From IMG/VR virus record IMGVR_UViG_3300030099_002195, positions 1 to 50,535 of that record: DNA of 50,535 bases. One strand, given 5' to 3'. This document shows, in pieces, positions 28,079 through 38,730 of the stretch. This DNA comes from a virus. Taxonomy: Duplodnaviria; Caudoviricetes. The stretch's first letter is position 1, and every line of letters starts with the position of its first letter. The notes under the pieces are model-generated. The model saw only the letters and a program-made list of their open reading frames with translations. It made no database searches and was not told where the DNA came from. A program made the position numbers and the translations under genes.

Positions 28079-29794
28079 ATGGCACAAGCAACAGCAGAAG
28101 TTTTTGAGTTTCCAGCGGGCGGTATCGCCGATTTTTATATGGAAGACCACGAGATCGAAGCTCTGGAGCGTGAAGAAGCGGCGCAGGAGTTTGGATCTTC
28201 TGGTATTGCTACGTTTGAGCCTATTGCCACGCGTATGGCATCTTACGGTCGTTACGGTGACGACACCGTTGCTCACGTTGAAACCGGTGAGTTGATTGTC
28301 CCGAAAGCCCTGATTGACGACAACCCAAAGCTACGAGACTCTATATTTAGTCATCTGCGGGATCTTGGTGTAGAGGACCCAGAGCGCTATGTGGTTGGTT
28401 CTGGTGTAAACTCCATCAATCCAGACACAGGTATGCCTGAGTTCTTTCTGAAGAAGCTGTTTAAGGGCGTAAAAAAGGGTGTAAGCAAACTAGCTAAAGG
28501 CGTGAGCAAAGCTCTCAAGGGCGTGACTAAGGTAATTAAGAAAGCTGCTCCAGTAATTATACCGTTTGCTTTGAACGCAGTCTTTCCCGGCCTTGGTGCA
28601 ATTTATTCAGGTGCTCTTGGAGCAGGTATTGGTACACTCGTTCAGGGTGGTAACCTAAAGGACGCCTTCAAGAACGCCTTGATTGGTGGCGCTATCGGCG
28701 GCGCAACTGCTGCTATTGGTGGCGGTTTACAGGCGGCTAAAACTCCCGGTGGTAGCTTTAGTCAGGGCGCTATGAAAGGTATTCAGGATGCCGCTAAGTT
28801 CTCTAACCTACAAACAGCCGGTAAACAGCTTGCTACGGGTCAGTTTGGTCAGTCCGGGTATGAAAAAGTTTTGTCTGACCAAACTTTGGTTACTCCGGCT
28901 TCCGAGACTTTAGCTAGTGTTAAAGAGGGCATCACTCCGGAGAGTGTGGCGGCGGATGCAACAAAAGGTGTGGATGGGGCCGCGTCCGCTCCTGTTGCTG
29001 CGGGACCAGATCAAATGTATCTTGGAACAGCTTCTGATGCTTTACCACCCGCTTCACCGCTCACTACACCAAGTCCGCTTCAGTCTCCAAATCCTGCTGA
29101 CCAAGCTTTCTTTGGATCTGGTCAAATATCAAGCGCACAGCCTACACCGCCTCCTACAATGTTGGAACAGTTACAGAGCGCTGGCAAAACTGCTATGGAC
29201 TACGGCGGTAAGGCGATGGACTTCTTGACAGGAAGCGATCCAACATTTGCTCAAAAGAACAAGTTAGCCCTTGATTTTGTAAAAGAGTCCGGAGGAAAAT
29301 TAACTTATGACAAAGCCCTTGAGATGGCCACCGCTGAGTTAACCCCCGGCCTAATTCGCACATACGGACCATCTCTGGCCTTGGCTGGTGGGGCTACTTA
29401 TTTAGCTGGCGGATTTACACCGCAAGAACTAGATGAGATGAGCGACGAAGAGCGGTTAGCGGCCCTCGGACCTTCTGGTTATGACCTTTACATGGCAAAC
29501 CAAGCTAAATATGGGTTACCGGCTGAAACCCCGAAGTTAGCTCAAGGTTTGTTCTCTGTTCCAACAACTTTTGCAGCGGACGGCGGTGAGATATTCCCAC
29601 GACGTGTAGGTGGTATCATGCCAGATGAGGGCACTCCCGGCAAAGACAGCGTAAAAGCCATGTTAATGCCCGGTGAGTTTGTAATGACTACAAATGCCGT
29701 AAAGGGCTTGGGTGACGGCGATAACAACAAAGGCATTAATAGAATGTACGACATGATGCGCGGTCTTGAGGCTAAAGGGAAGGCGATGGCATAA
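28079..29794 (+). CDS. Internal virion/ejection protein with cationic amphipathic helix
   Basis: GRYGDDTVAHVETGE, INPDTGMPEFFLKKLFK, Gly/Ala hydrophobic segments, C-terminal DSVKAMLMPGEFV. Confidence 0.7.
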   Translation: MAQATAEVFEFPAGGIADFYMEDHEIEALEREEAAQEFGSSGIATFEPIATRMASYGRYGDDTVAHVETGELIVPKALIDDNPKLRDSIFSHLRDLGVEDPERYVVGSGVNSINPDTGMPEFFLKKLFKGVKKGVSKLAKGVSKALKGVTKVIKKAAPVIIPFALNAVFPGLGAIYSGALGAGIGTLVQGGNLKDAFKNALIGGAIGGATAAIGGGLQAAKTPGGSFSQGAMKGIQDAAKFSNLQTAGKQLATGQFGQSGYEKVLSDQTLVTPASETLASVKEGITPESVAADATKGVDGAASAPVAAGPDQMYLGTASDALPPASPLTTPSPLQSPNPADQAFFGSGQISSAQPTPPPTMLEQLQSAGKTAMDYGGKAMDFLTGSDPTFAQKNKLALDFVKESGGKLTYDKALEMATAELTPGLIRTYGPSLALAGGATYLAGGFTPQELDEMSDEERLAALGPSGYDLYMANQAKYGLPAETPKLAQGLFSVPTTFAADGGEIFPRRVGGIMPDEGTPGKDSVKAMLMPGEFVMTTNAVKGLGDGDNNKGINRMYDMMRGLEAKGKAMA

Positions 29795-30636
29795 TGGCTA
29801 CAAATACCGAAATACAAATAATCAAAGAAGCTCCAGAAATAGAAGCCTATAAGATTGGGCTTCTTGAGTCTGCAAAGAAACTAGCTGACCAGCCGATTAC
29901 CCTTCCAATTCAGCAAATCGCTCAAATGTCTGGGTTGCAACAACAGGCTATTGCTGATGCGTCCTCTGCCACAGGCGGTATTGGTGGCTTCCAACAGTAC
30001 TTGTCGGATGCAGGCACCGCGTTGGGTGAAGCAAAGACCACGCTAGACCCGTCTGGCATCACGCAGTTTATGAACCCGTATCAAGCAGCCCTTCAGGCTG
30101 AGATTGACAGGTCCTTTGATATACAGGCCGCACAGGCAGGGCTTGGTGCAGTAGGTCAACCCGGTGGGCCGTCTGCCTTTGGCGGATCACGGGCCGCGAT
30201 ACAACAGGCAGAGATAGGGCGTAACCGTGCAGCGGCTTTAGCGCAATCGCAGGCACAGAACTTTTTACAAGCTCAACAGGCGCAGGCGGCACAAGCAGAA
30301 GCATTAGGAAAGCTTGGACTTCAACAAGCGGCGCTGGGGCAGCAATCACAGCAGCAGACACTGCAAGACATTGAAACACAGTTTAATTTGGGTAAACAGC
30401 AGCAGGCGCAGCAGCAGGCGGAAATTGCAGCACAGCAACAAAGTGATTTGGCTCAACTCTATGAGCCTTATAATAGATATTCTTTCTTATCAGACATTTA
30501 CAAGGGTGCGCCGTCTTCGCAACAAACTATTTCATCAGCTACCGCGCCCAATGTATCACCGGCTCAGACTTATCTGGGTCTGGGTATTGCAGGATTATCA
30601 GCGGCAGCAGGCGCTAAAACAGCGGGGTTATTCTAA
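29794..30636 (+). CDS. Internal virion/ejection protein (Gln/Ala-rich)
   Basis: FMNPY, AFGGSR, Q-rich coiled coil, hydrophobic C-terminus. Confidence 0.65.
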   Translation: MATNTEIQIIKEAPEIEAYKIGLLESAKKLADQPITLPIQQIAQMSGLQQQAIADASSATGGIGGFQQYLSDAGTALGEAKTTLDPSGITQFMNPYQAALQAEIDRSFDIQAAQAGLGAVGQPGGPSAFGGSRAAIQQAEIGRNRAAALAQSQAQNFLQAQQAQAAQAEALGKLGLQQAALGQQSQQQTLQDIETQFNLGKQQQAQQQAEIAAQQQSDLAQLYEPYNRYSFLSDIYKGAPSSQQTISSATAPNVSPAQTYLGLGIAGLSAAAGAKTAGLF

Positions 30637-33600
30637 TGAACAGAAGCGTATTAGCCAGACAGATGTTTGCCAAGGGTGGTCAGGCCGTGCCTAACGAGTA
30701 CAAGGGCTTTTCAAAGCTGCCTGAAGAGGTGCAGATGAAGATGGACCCTGTTGCTGCCAAGAAATATCAGGAAGGCGGGGAAATTAGAGCAGGGATTAGT
30801 GAAGAGTTACGTCGAGATATAGACAGAGTTAAAGCACAATTAATAAATGAAAAAATGGACCAACAACGTCAGATGGAGAATATAACTGCTTTACAAGCAC
30901 TTAGGAATAAAGCCAGATACGATGTTCCACTCCTTGGTTTAAATGATGTAAGCAGAGAACTCCCCGCTAACGAGGAGGGCTTCAACCCAAATAATATTTA
31001 TAATATTCTTCGTTTTTTTGATCAAAATCCAGAATTTGATGTATCGGATTATAATGAATTTTTTAAAACAAACTTAGACCCAAGAGATTTTTCAGTATTG
31101 GAAAAAGAGGCAGAACCTCCTGCTGTAGGCATGGCAATGGGCGGTGATCCGGTTATGGCACAGGGCGTTGGTTCAATGATGCCGCCTCCACCTGCCATGC
31201 CCTCCGCACCAGCAGGGGGCGGACAGGCCATAGACCCGCAAGTGCTTGAGGGCGCTTTAGCTACGGCAGAGCAGGAGATTACAAACCTCGACCAAGCCGA
31301 AGACTTTGAAACGGTTATGAACACCATACGTGGTGATGAAGCGACAGTTGAAGAGCGCTATGAGGAGCTTGCCGGTATCGTAGGCGAAGAAGACGCCAGA
31401 CAGACGCCTGAGTCTGTCCTTACACTGGTGCAGCCCGCTATGGTCATGGGCGCAGTAGACCAAGGCATTGGCGGCTTGGCGCAACAAGAGATGATGGAGC
31501 CTGTACAGGGCGCTATGGCGCAGGGGATTATGTCAAACGTGGCACCTCCACCGCCGCCCGCGGCACCTATGCCTACTGGTGGTATGGGGGGACCACCACC
31601 CGCAAATTTTAAGGAAGGCGGGCTGGTCCGCCGCGGAGACAACCAGCCAGTTCAAATGTACGCCAACGGAGGAGAGACAATTGCGGATTTCCGCAGGTCT
31701 TTAAATATACCGCCCCCTGTAAACGCTTTCCCGGTTCTTAGTCAGGCAACCGGTCCTGTTCGGGTAACTCCACCACCTGCACCTGCACCTGCACCTGCTC
31801 GTGGAGACGGTTCTCGTTTGAGAGAATTAGTAGAGGCTCAAAAAGATATTTACCGAGAGTACGGGTTAGGTGATCCCGCAGCACGAGCCGCGGAACTTGA
31901 GTCACAAAAAGATTTAACCAAGGCACAGATGCTGTTTGATATAGCGCAAACGGCCCTTACCTTTGCGGGTCCAATGCAAGGGGAGCGACCCGGTGCCAGC
32001 GCAGCAGAGCGCCTAGCTATGGCTGCTTCAGCAACAAAGTTACCACAAACCATAGGTGCACGAGCTCAGACGCTTGCGGAACAGAAGAGAGCCGCGGCTA
32101 AAGAAGAAAGAGCCTTGGACCTCGCAGCACTTCAATCGGCAGAAACAAAACTTGCCGCAGAGGTGAAAGCAGCAGATGAGCTTGCGCTTGCAAGAGCTAA
32201 ACCTAAAACTCCAAAACCTATGGTTCTTCTTGATAAGACGGGAACTCAAGTTTTAGGTCAATTTAATATTAACGACTCCGACGATTATGCACGTGCTAGA
32301 GTTATGCGGGACCAGAATCCGGGTTCTAGGCTTTCTGATGGCGGTCCGCAAAAACCCAATACGGTAACTATTGAAGGTCAAGTTATTGATATTACAGACA
32401 TGAAAAGTCCAAAAGTTGTCTTTGGTGATAAAAAGAGAGACACCAAAACTGTAAACGGGCAGATCGTAGATTATACCGACCCGAATAACGTGAAAGTTAT
32501 TTTTGGAACACCTGATGTCAAGACCGTTACAGTGAAAGGTCAAGTTATTGACATTACAAAGCCGGAAACTCCAAAAGTTATTTTTGGAGAGAAAGATCCT
32601 AATATAAAGATAGTAGAGGGACAAATTGTTGACATCACAGATAAGGCTAATCCTGTAGTTGTTTTCGGAGATCCTAAAAAAGATACTGCAATGGTTAACG
32701 GTCAACTTATTGATTATACGGACTCAGATAATCCAAAAGTTATATATGGAGATAAGGACACAAAAACAGTTACCGTTAACGGTGAGGTCGTGGACATCAC
32801 TGACTCACAAAATCCAAAAGTTATATTTGGTAAACCCAACGTCAAAACAGTTACGATTGATGGTCAAGTTGTTGATATTACAGATCCAGATGATGTTAAA
32901 ACTATTTTTGGTAAGAAAAAACGAGATATTAAAATTGTTAGAGGTCAACTGGTTGAAATTCCAGCAGATGGCGGGGCTCCTGTCCCGATCTTTGGTGAGC
33001 GCACTCCAAAGACCGGCACTTTTGAAAATATGATACTGGCTAACGGAAAGAGCGTCATAGTTAAAAAGGTCGGGTCTACTTTATATGATACAACTGGCGA
33101 GATTATTGATCTAGCATCTGATACGTATAAAGATGCCGTGATAGTCAGTAAGGACACGGCTTTCACCGCTTCAAAAACAGCAACAAAACAAGCCAGAGCA
33201 CGGGCTGAAATAGATCGGTTAGATAGGGCCGAAGGTGATGATAGGTTGTCAGGCCAGTTAAGGGGTCAAGACGATGTTATTAATCAGCGTGTTGAAGCTT
33301 TAGGTGGCTCTTTATCTCCAGATATTGAAGCAGTAAGCTTTGATGCTCTTAGAAACGCCAGAAAAGGTGTTGGCTTCTATAATAAAATAAAACAGTCACT
33401 TAGTGAATTTGGGGGTGCTTTAGTTCCTGCCTTTGAAAATGCTTTTGCAGATGAAGTAGAAGCCGGGAACTTTATAGATACTGTAAATGTTCTTGGTAGG
33501 GTGGCATTGGCTAACAGCCCAAGATATGCTGAAGGTGAACAAACTAGATTAGCTAATTTGTTCCCAGATACACAAAGACTTCTAGCTAACCCGGAAAATG

Positions 33601-33836
33601 CGGTTAGAAAACTAATTGGGTTAAAGAGGGTTATGCGTTTTGAATACAGGCAGAATTTAAACGTGTTAGCTGAGTCAACGGATAGTGTTCTCATACGACA
33701 GGCAGAACAGTCCAATTACGCTATTCAAAGTGTTTTAAAGATGCTGGAGACCATACCGGATCGCGGCGTTCTTGATGATGCATCTGTGGACGCAACCATA
33801 GACGCTTTACGTAGAGCGCGAGGGCAAACGCAATGA
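30636..33836 (+). CDS. Large internal virion protein with beta repeats
   Basis: 1066 aa; five xxGG motifs, Pro-rich linkers, eight ~27-aa repeats. Confidence 0.7.
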   Translation: MNRSVLARQMFAKGGQAVPNEYKGFSKLPEEVQMKMDPVAAKKYQEGGEIRAGISEELRRDIDRVKAQLINEKMDQQRQMENITALQALRNKARYDVPLLGLNDVSRELPANEEGFNPNNIYNILRFFDQNPEFDVSDYNEFFKTNLDPRDFSVLEKEAEPPAVGMAMGGDPVMAQGVGSMMPPPPAMPSAPAGGGQAIDPQVLEGALATAEQEITNLDQAEDFETVMNTIRGDEATVEERYEELAGIVGEEDARQTPESVLTLVQPAMVMGAVDQGIGGLAQQEMMEPVQGAMAQGIMSNVAPPPPPAAPMPTGGMGGPPPANFKEGGLVRRGDNQPVQMYANGGETIADFRRSLNIPPPVNAFPVLSQATGPVRVTPPPAPAPAPARGDGSRLRELVEAQKDIYREYGLGDPAARAAELESQKDLTKAQMLFDIAQTALTFAGPMQGERPGASAAERLAMAASATKLPQTIGARAQTLAEQKRAAAKEERALDLAALQSAETKLAAEVKAADELALARAKPKTPKPMVLLDKTGTQVLGQFNINDSDDYARARVMRDQNPGSRLSDGGPQKPNTVTIEGQVIDITDMKSPKVVFGDKKRDTKTVNGQIVDYTDPNNVKVIFGTPDVKTVTVKGQVIDITKPETPKVIFGEKDPNIKIVEGQIVDITDKANPVVVFGDPKKDTAMVNGQLIDYTDSDNPKVIYGDKDTKTVTVNGEVVDITDSQNPKVIFGKPNVKTVTIDGQVVDITDPDDVKTIFGKKKRDIKIVRGQLVEIPADGGAPVPIFGERTPKTGTFENMILANGKSVIVKKVGSTLYDTTGEIIDLASDTYKDAVIVSKDTAFTASKTATKQARARAEIDRLDRAEGDDRLSGQLRGQDDVINQRVEALGGSLSPDIEAVSFDALRNARKGVGFYNKIKQSLSEFGGALVPAFENAFADEVEAGNFIDTVNVLGRVALANSPRYAEGEQTRLANLFPDTQRLLANPENAVRKLIGLKRVMRFEYRQNLNVLAESTDSVLIRQAEQSNYAIQSVLKMLETIPDRGVLDDASVDATIDALRRARGQTQ
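32356..33000 (+). repeat. Eight degenerate ~27-aa coding repeats
   Basis: Consensus TVTV-x-GQVVDITD-xx-NPKVIFG. Confidence 0.85.
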
Positions 33837-36800
33837 CGACTAATCCTACACCCTCTGTTTTTACTGAAAACAGCCCGTTTAAAGCTATTGAGTTCAATGC
33901 GGAAGAATTACAATTTGTTTACGATCAGCATGGCGATAAAGCGGAGGAGGCTTTAGCTAAAACTACGTCTGCTTTTCTAAATGAAATGCCTGAGTTTAGA
34001 GGGACGGCGGATTACGGTGAGTTACTTCAGGGAACGGCTCCCATTCTTGATTTAGTGCCGATGAGACCTGAAGATCGTGGGAAGGCGATAACTGACGATC
34101 AAATCTTACGTTTGTTTTCAAGTTTAAAAACATTAGGTGAAGACGGTGCGCCAACAGAAACTGACGCTTTTCTGCGAGGTTTAATACGAGGAGGTGGTTC
34201 ATTTGCCACAGGCGTTGCTGGAGCAAAAGCAGCAGCCGCCGCCGCTCCGCCATATGTCCCACTTCCCGGTCCTCTTGCCCCATTAGGCGTTTTATCTAAA
34301 CCAGCGGCGGGTCTTGGAGGTTTTTTAGCAGGATCTGTTCTCGGCGATGTGCTTGTAGGAACGCCCGTAGCAAATATGCTTACTCCGGGGCTAGACGATG
34401 TAAATTTGACACCTAGAGCAGAAGCCACCTTTAGAGCGTATGAGTCTGCTGGTAGTGTAGCACCGTTTATATTTATGCCGCACACTGCACCAAAAGCGGC
34501 TTTTAGCACGGTATCTTCACTAAGAAAACTGCCCCTTGCTAATCAGGTTACCGTGCTTTCCGCTGACGACATGGCAAACCCTCTGGTTACACAGTATTTA
34601 TCCGGTAGATTAACAGGAATACCTACGTCTCGCCAATTTAGGGCTACACGAGATCAAATATTTAGAGAGGCTAAAGAGGCTGGCCAAGACATAACCTTGA
34701 AGGAAGCTGCAAAACTTGCTGCTCAACAGTTAAATCAGTCAGGGCGAATGGTTCGTGGGACCATAGGTGCTTTTGATTATGCTGAACGAGCTCTTGTGGC
34801 TGGAGGTCAATCCTTCCGATCTTTATCTCCGGGCCAAAAAGGCTTTTTTATGGGTGTGGAAACAGCCGCCATTCCTGCAACGGGTGCTGCGGTTCAAATG
34901 CAAGAGACAGCCGCCCCAAGAAGCCCCTCTGCCAGACTGGCTGCGGAAACAGCCGGTAGCCTTGCACCTCAATTATCCTTACTAAAAATAGCTCCATCAA
35001 TCGTTAAATCGGGAAAAAATTTTTTAACAAGAATAGCCGAAAACAGAGCGCTTAAAAAACCTTTAGATATATTTGGAACCAGAGCTAGGGCTGAAAACAG
35101 AGCCACTCAAGATATCTTAGATATTTTTGAGCAAAATAAAGAAAATCCGGATGATCTTTTAAAAGCTTTAGAAGAAACCCTTGTTGATCCTGTTATTAAA
35201 AACGGAGAAATTGTGGGTTACAAGCTGAAACCAAACTTCCAACCTCAACCCGGAGCGGAAAAAGAAGCCATATTTTCTGGTAAGTTTGTAAACAGCCCTG
35301 CCATAGATCAACTAGAACAAATAGTTTTAGGTAGAGGAGGCCCAAATCTTTCGGCAAAACAAGAGGCCGATTATTTAAAAGCCTTAGAGATGGAAAAAGG
35401 CATAATCTGGGCTATGCAAGGTTCTGGTGATCCTGAACTAATGAAGGTAGCCGGGGATATGATGCAAAATAGGATCTCCATGCTCATTGCTGCGAGAACA
35501 GAAAGAGCAATAGATAATGTCGTAAAGTCTGTTCAAAAAGTTTACCCCGAAGGCGGTGCAGAGGCTAGTGCCCTCATTGGCGCACGACTTAAAGATGTTA
35601 TAAAGACGCAAAAAGATTTATTTCGTAGGTTAGAGGCAAACGCTTGGTCAAGGGTAGACAGAAACCGGGAAATACCTACGTTTTATAGAAAAGACGATGA
35701 GACTGGAGAGTTTGTAGAAAACAATATTCCAAACTTCATTGAAGAGTTTGATGCTGAACTAGCTAGGATGGACAAGCTGGACAGGGACTTTTTAATGAAT
35801 GTCCCCGGTTTTAAAGAAATAAATGCCCGAATATTAGATTATAAACAGCAGCTTGGGCTAGACGCCACAGATGTTTTAGCGAGTAGACCAGATGCGGTTG
35901 TGAGATTTGATGAAGCTTTTTTAAATACGCAGGGAACCCCCGCACGACAAAGTTTTTTAAATATTTTAGAACGGAACGGAATAACTGGAACGACAACAGG
36001 TAGTCGTGTTGACGAGTTAAGAGAACAAGTATCTGAAGGAGCTTTAGAGTCGTTTAATCAAAGAATACGGCTTTCTGAAGCTCGTCCCGGTGCCGGGATA
36101 GATGTAAACAATGTAGAAAATTTACGAGCCGCGGCAAATTCTAATGACGAACTTGCTGACCGCCAAATGGCCTTATTTGAACAAGACCGGGCAGCGGGAG
36201 ATTCTTTTAGAGAAACGGCTGAACGGTTGAGAGAGGAAGCTAATTTATTCCGGGCAAGAGCGGACGATCTTGAAAACCCTGTTGCATCAAATGTTCCAAC
36301 CACTATAGACGATCTAGTTCCTGACGAAGCAACCATAGAACAGTTAGGTGCTTTAGAAGCTCGTTTTGGCCGAAAAAATAGAAATGATCCAGTTGTTCAA
36401 CTTATAAGATTAAAAAGACAAGCTTTAATAGCACAAAGAGCTCAAGCACAGGGCGGTGAAGCTAGCGGCGTTATCACGCAAAATCTTACGCAAGGAAACT
36501 TGACCTCTCTGTACACAAAATTAAGAAAGTTACAAAGAGAACAAGGGCCAACTGATGCAAACACAGCAAGAATATTAAACAATCTTGCGGAAGCGACTTT
36601 AGATGATTTAAACGCTGGTGTCAGAGGTAATCCGGAATACGATGCGGCGCGGGACATATCTTATGCGTACAATGAGTATTTAAAAAGAACTTTTGGTGGA
36701 GACATAGTAAGTCAAAATAGACGTGGCCAAGACGTAGTTAACGAAGCCCTTCTTACAGACAAACTTATGACGGGTAGGCCGGATGCGGTATCTTTAAAAA

Positions 36801-38260
36801 TAGGTCAAATTAATGAATTAGGTAAACAAATTAGAAAGTATGCGGCTGACTCTGGATATGAAATTGTTTCCAAAGATGAAGTAGCTGACTATATGGGGAC
36901 AACAGAGAGTGTCCTGCTTGACACTCTTCGTCTTGCTTTGAGAGAAATAGAATTACCCATTGAGGCTAGAACTTTAAGGACGGATGAGGCCATAGCAGCC
37001 GCTCAAAACGAGGCGATGCAACAGTTTAGGGCTAAAAACCCCCGCATAATGGAGATTTTCCCGCAATTATCAGACATGATAGATGAAGCTGGAAGCGCTG
37101 GAAACTTTTTAGCTAGAACCAAAAAAACAATAGCAAGATTAGAACAGCAGGTAGCTGATCAAAAAGCTTTCGTCAAATTGACCAGAGCAGAAAATCCAGA
37201 ACGAGCAATACTCGCTGCTCTTAATTCTGACAATCCCACTCAAGAATTAAATTCATTAGTAGAGCTTATTAAAGCGGGCTCTAATCCTAGAAACCTAAGA
37301 CGCTTACTCAGAAACAAAGGAATAAGTGCAGATATAGATGCACTAGACATAGAGGCTGCAAGACAAGGTGTTCGTAGAACTGTAATTTCGTTAGCTTTTT
37401 CTAACGGGGGACAATATAGCGCTGCGGGTATAAATGCAAAAGGCGCATACAACATGCTTTTTGAGGCTTTACCAAAAGCCAGTCGTGAAAGTGAAAATCT
37501 AGCTAACTGGATGGTTAGCAATAAAATAATGACAGAGGAAGAGGTACAAGGGTTAGAACTTGGTTTACGTCGGCTTGTTCAATTTGAAACCAAACAAGAT
37601 GTGTCTAAAGCCATATTAACTAATGAGGCTCCGGCTTTGTTAGATTTTTATACACGCATCATAGGTGCTAGAGCAGGAACAACATTCTCCGGTATGCTAC
37701 CGGGGACAAGAGGTGCTGGCGCTGGTTTGATTGAAGCGGAGGCCGGATCTAAATACTTACGTAAGTTGACTCAAGAATTACCTGCTTTACAAGAGTATGA
37801 TGCTTTGGAAAGAATTTTATTAGACCCAGAACTATTAGCTATGGCTCTGCGTAAACCTAGATCTGCCTCTGAAAAAACCAGCATTGTTAATAATATTCTT
37901 AGTGGTTTAAAGACCGTTGGAATAGGCATGACCGTTCCTGCCGGATCCAGAGCAATACCGTTAGGGGCACAAGAATTTGCAGAACCTGAACAAGAACCTA
38001 TAATCCCACCAGAAGAACCCGATGTAGGTCCTGTAAGCTCTGTCGCACCAACAGCTATGCCCGCACCACAACCAGTTCCGGCGCAACCGGTGGCACCACC
38101 TCCCACAACCACCCTTGCGTCGGCAGCGCCACAGGTTCAAGCTCCACCCCCACCTCCGGCTAGTGGACAAGTGAACCGACAACAGTACGCTGCCCTGTTC
38201 CCAAATGACCCAACCTCTGCCCTCATACGGCAACAAGGTATTGGGAGCCTGATGGGATGA
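33833..38260 (+). CDS. Very large internal virion/ejection protein
   Basis: 1475 aa helical; ends YAALFPND...QQGIGSLMG; last large gene of structural arm. Confidence 0.7.
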   Translation: MTTNPTPSVFTENSPFKAIEFNAEELQFVYDQHGDKAEEALAKTTSAFLNEMPEFRGTADYGELLQGTAPILDLVPMRPEDRGKAITDDQILRLFSSLKTLGEDGAPTETDAFLRGLIRGGGSFATGVAGAKAAAAAAPPYVPLPGPLAPLGVLSKPAAGLGGFLAGSVLGDVLVGTPVANMLTPGLDDVNLTPRAEATFRAYESAGSVAPFIFMPHTAPKAAFSTVSSLRKLPLANQVTVLSADDMANPLVTQYLSGRLTGIPTSRQFRATRDQIFREAKEAGQDITLKEAAKLAAQQLNQSGRMVRGTIGAFDYAERALVAGGQSFRSLSPGQKGFFMGVETAAIPATGAAVQMQETAAPRSPSARLAAETAGSLAPQLSLLKIAPSIVKSGKNFLTRIAENRALKKPLDIFGTRARAENRATQDILDIFEQNKENPDDLLKALEETLVDPVIKNGEIVGYKLKPNFQPQPGAEKEAIFSGKFVNSPAIDQLEQIVLGRGGPNLSAKQEADYLKALEMEKGIIWAMQGSGDPELMKVAGDMMQNRISMLIAARTERAIDNVVKSVQKVYPEGGAEASALIGARLKDVIKTQKDLFRRLEANAWSRVDRNREIPTFYRKDDETGEFVENNIPNFIEEFDAELARMDKLDRDFLMNVPGFKEINARILDYKQQLGLDATDVLASRPDAVVRFDEAFLNTQGTPARQSFLNILERNGITGTTTGSRVDELREQVSEGALESFNQRIRLSEARPGAGIDVNNVENLRAAANSNDELADRQMALFEQDRAAGDSFRETAERLREEANLFRARADDLENPVASNVPTTIDDLVPDEATIEQLGALEARFGRKNRNDPVVQLIRLKRQALIAQRAQAQGGEASGVITQNLTQGNLTSLYTKLRKLQREQGPTDANTARILNNLAEATLDDLNAGVRGNPEYDAARDISYAYNEYLKRTFGGDIVSQNRRGQDVVNEALLTDKLMTGRPDAVSLKIGQINELGKQIRKYAADSGYEIVSKDEVADYMGTTESVLLDTLRLALREIELPIEARTLRTDEAIAAAQNEAMQQFRAKNPRIMEIFPQLSDMIDEAGSAGNFLARTKKTIARLEQQVADQKAFVKLTRAENPERAILAALNSDNPTQELNSLVELIKAGSNPRNLRRLLRNKGISADIDALDIEAARQGVRRTVISLAFSNGGQYSAAGINAKGAYNMLFEALPKASRESENLANWMVSNKIMTEEEVQGLELGLRRLVQFETKQDVSKAILTNEAPALLDFYTRIIGARAGTTFSGMLPGTRGAGAGLIEAEAGSKYLRKLTQELPALQEYDALERILLDPELLAMALRKPRSASEKTSIVNNILSGLKTVGIGMTVPAGSRAIPLGAQEFAEPEQEPIIPPEEPDVGPVSSVAPTAMPAPQPVPAQPVAPPPTTTLASAAPQVQAPPPPPASGQVNRQQYAALFPNDPTSALIRQQGIGSLMG

Positions 38261-38730
38261 TCAACGACGTACTGGAACTAATGCTCAAGTCCGATATGCA
38301 CCGTGACTGGTACATTGCCGATCTGGAGCGGCTGGTCCTGCCTGCCATCGAAGCAAAAAAGATGGTTGTCGTGTACGAAGACAAACTAACAGCCAAGACG
38401 GAGATCTTTCCGCGGCCCACGGGTCTGTTCAGCCATGCGTTTCTGACGAAGGAAGCAGCGGAGGGTTACGAGAACGGCACACGCAAGTTACAGCCCGAAG
38501 ATTGGTACACGGACCACGGGTCTGGTATGCTGTACGTCATAGACTTTATCGCACCGTACAATAACGCATTGAAAATAGGACGTTTTGTACAGCAGGAGTT
38601 GACCAGTCGGTATATCGAAGTATACCCGTATGACGGGGCTACATTCTTGCGGCAGGCAAACGGTAAGAAAAAAGGGTACGCTACAGGCGTACAGGAAGAC
38701 ATCGTAGGACGGAGGCATAGCTGTGTATAA
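38257..38730 (+). CDS. RTX toxin-activating lysine acyltransferase homolog (HlyC/CyaC/RtxC family)
   Basis: SDMHRDW (S-x-x-H), LVLPAI, P-x-G...AFLT-x-E, LQPEDW...SG...IDFIAPY and a late Arg reproduce the HlyC motifs in order; 157 aa. Confidence 0.85.
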   Translation: MINDVLELMLKSDMHRDWYIADLERLVLPAIEAKKMVVVYEDKLTAKTEIFPRPTGLFSHAFLTKEAAEGYENGTRKLQPEDWYTDHGSGMLYVIDFIAPYNNALKIGRFVQQELTSRYIEVYPYDGATFLRQANGKKKGYATGVQEDIVGRRHSCV

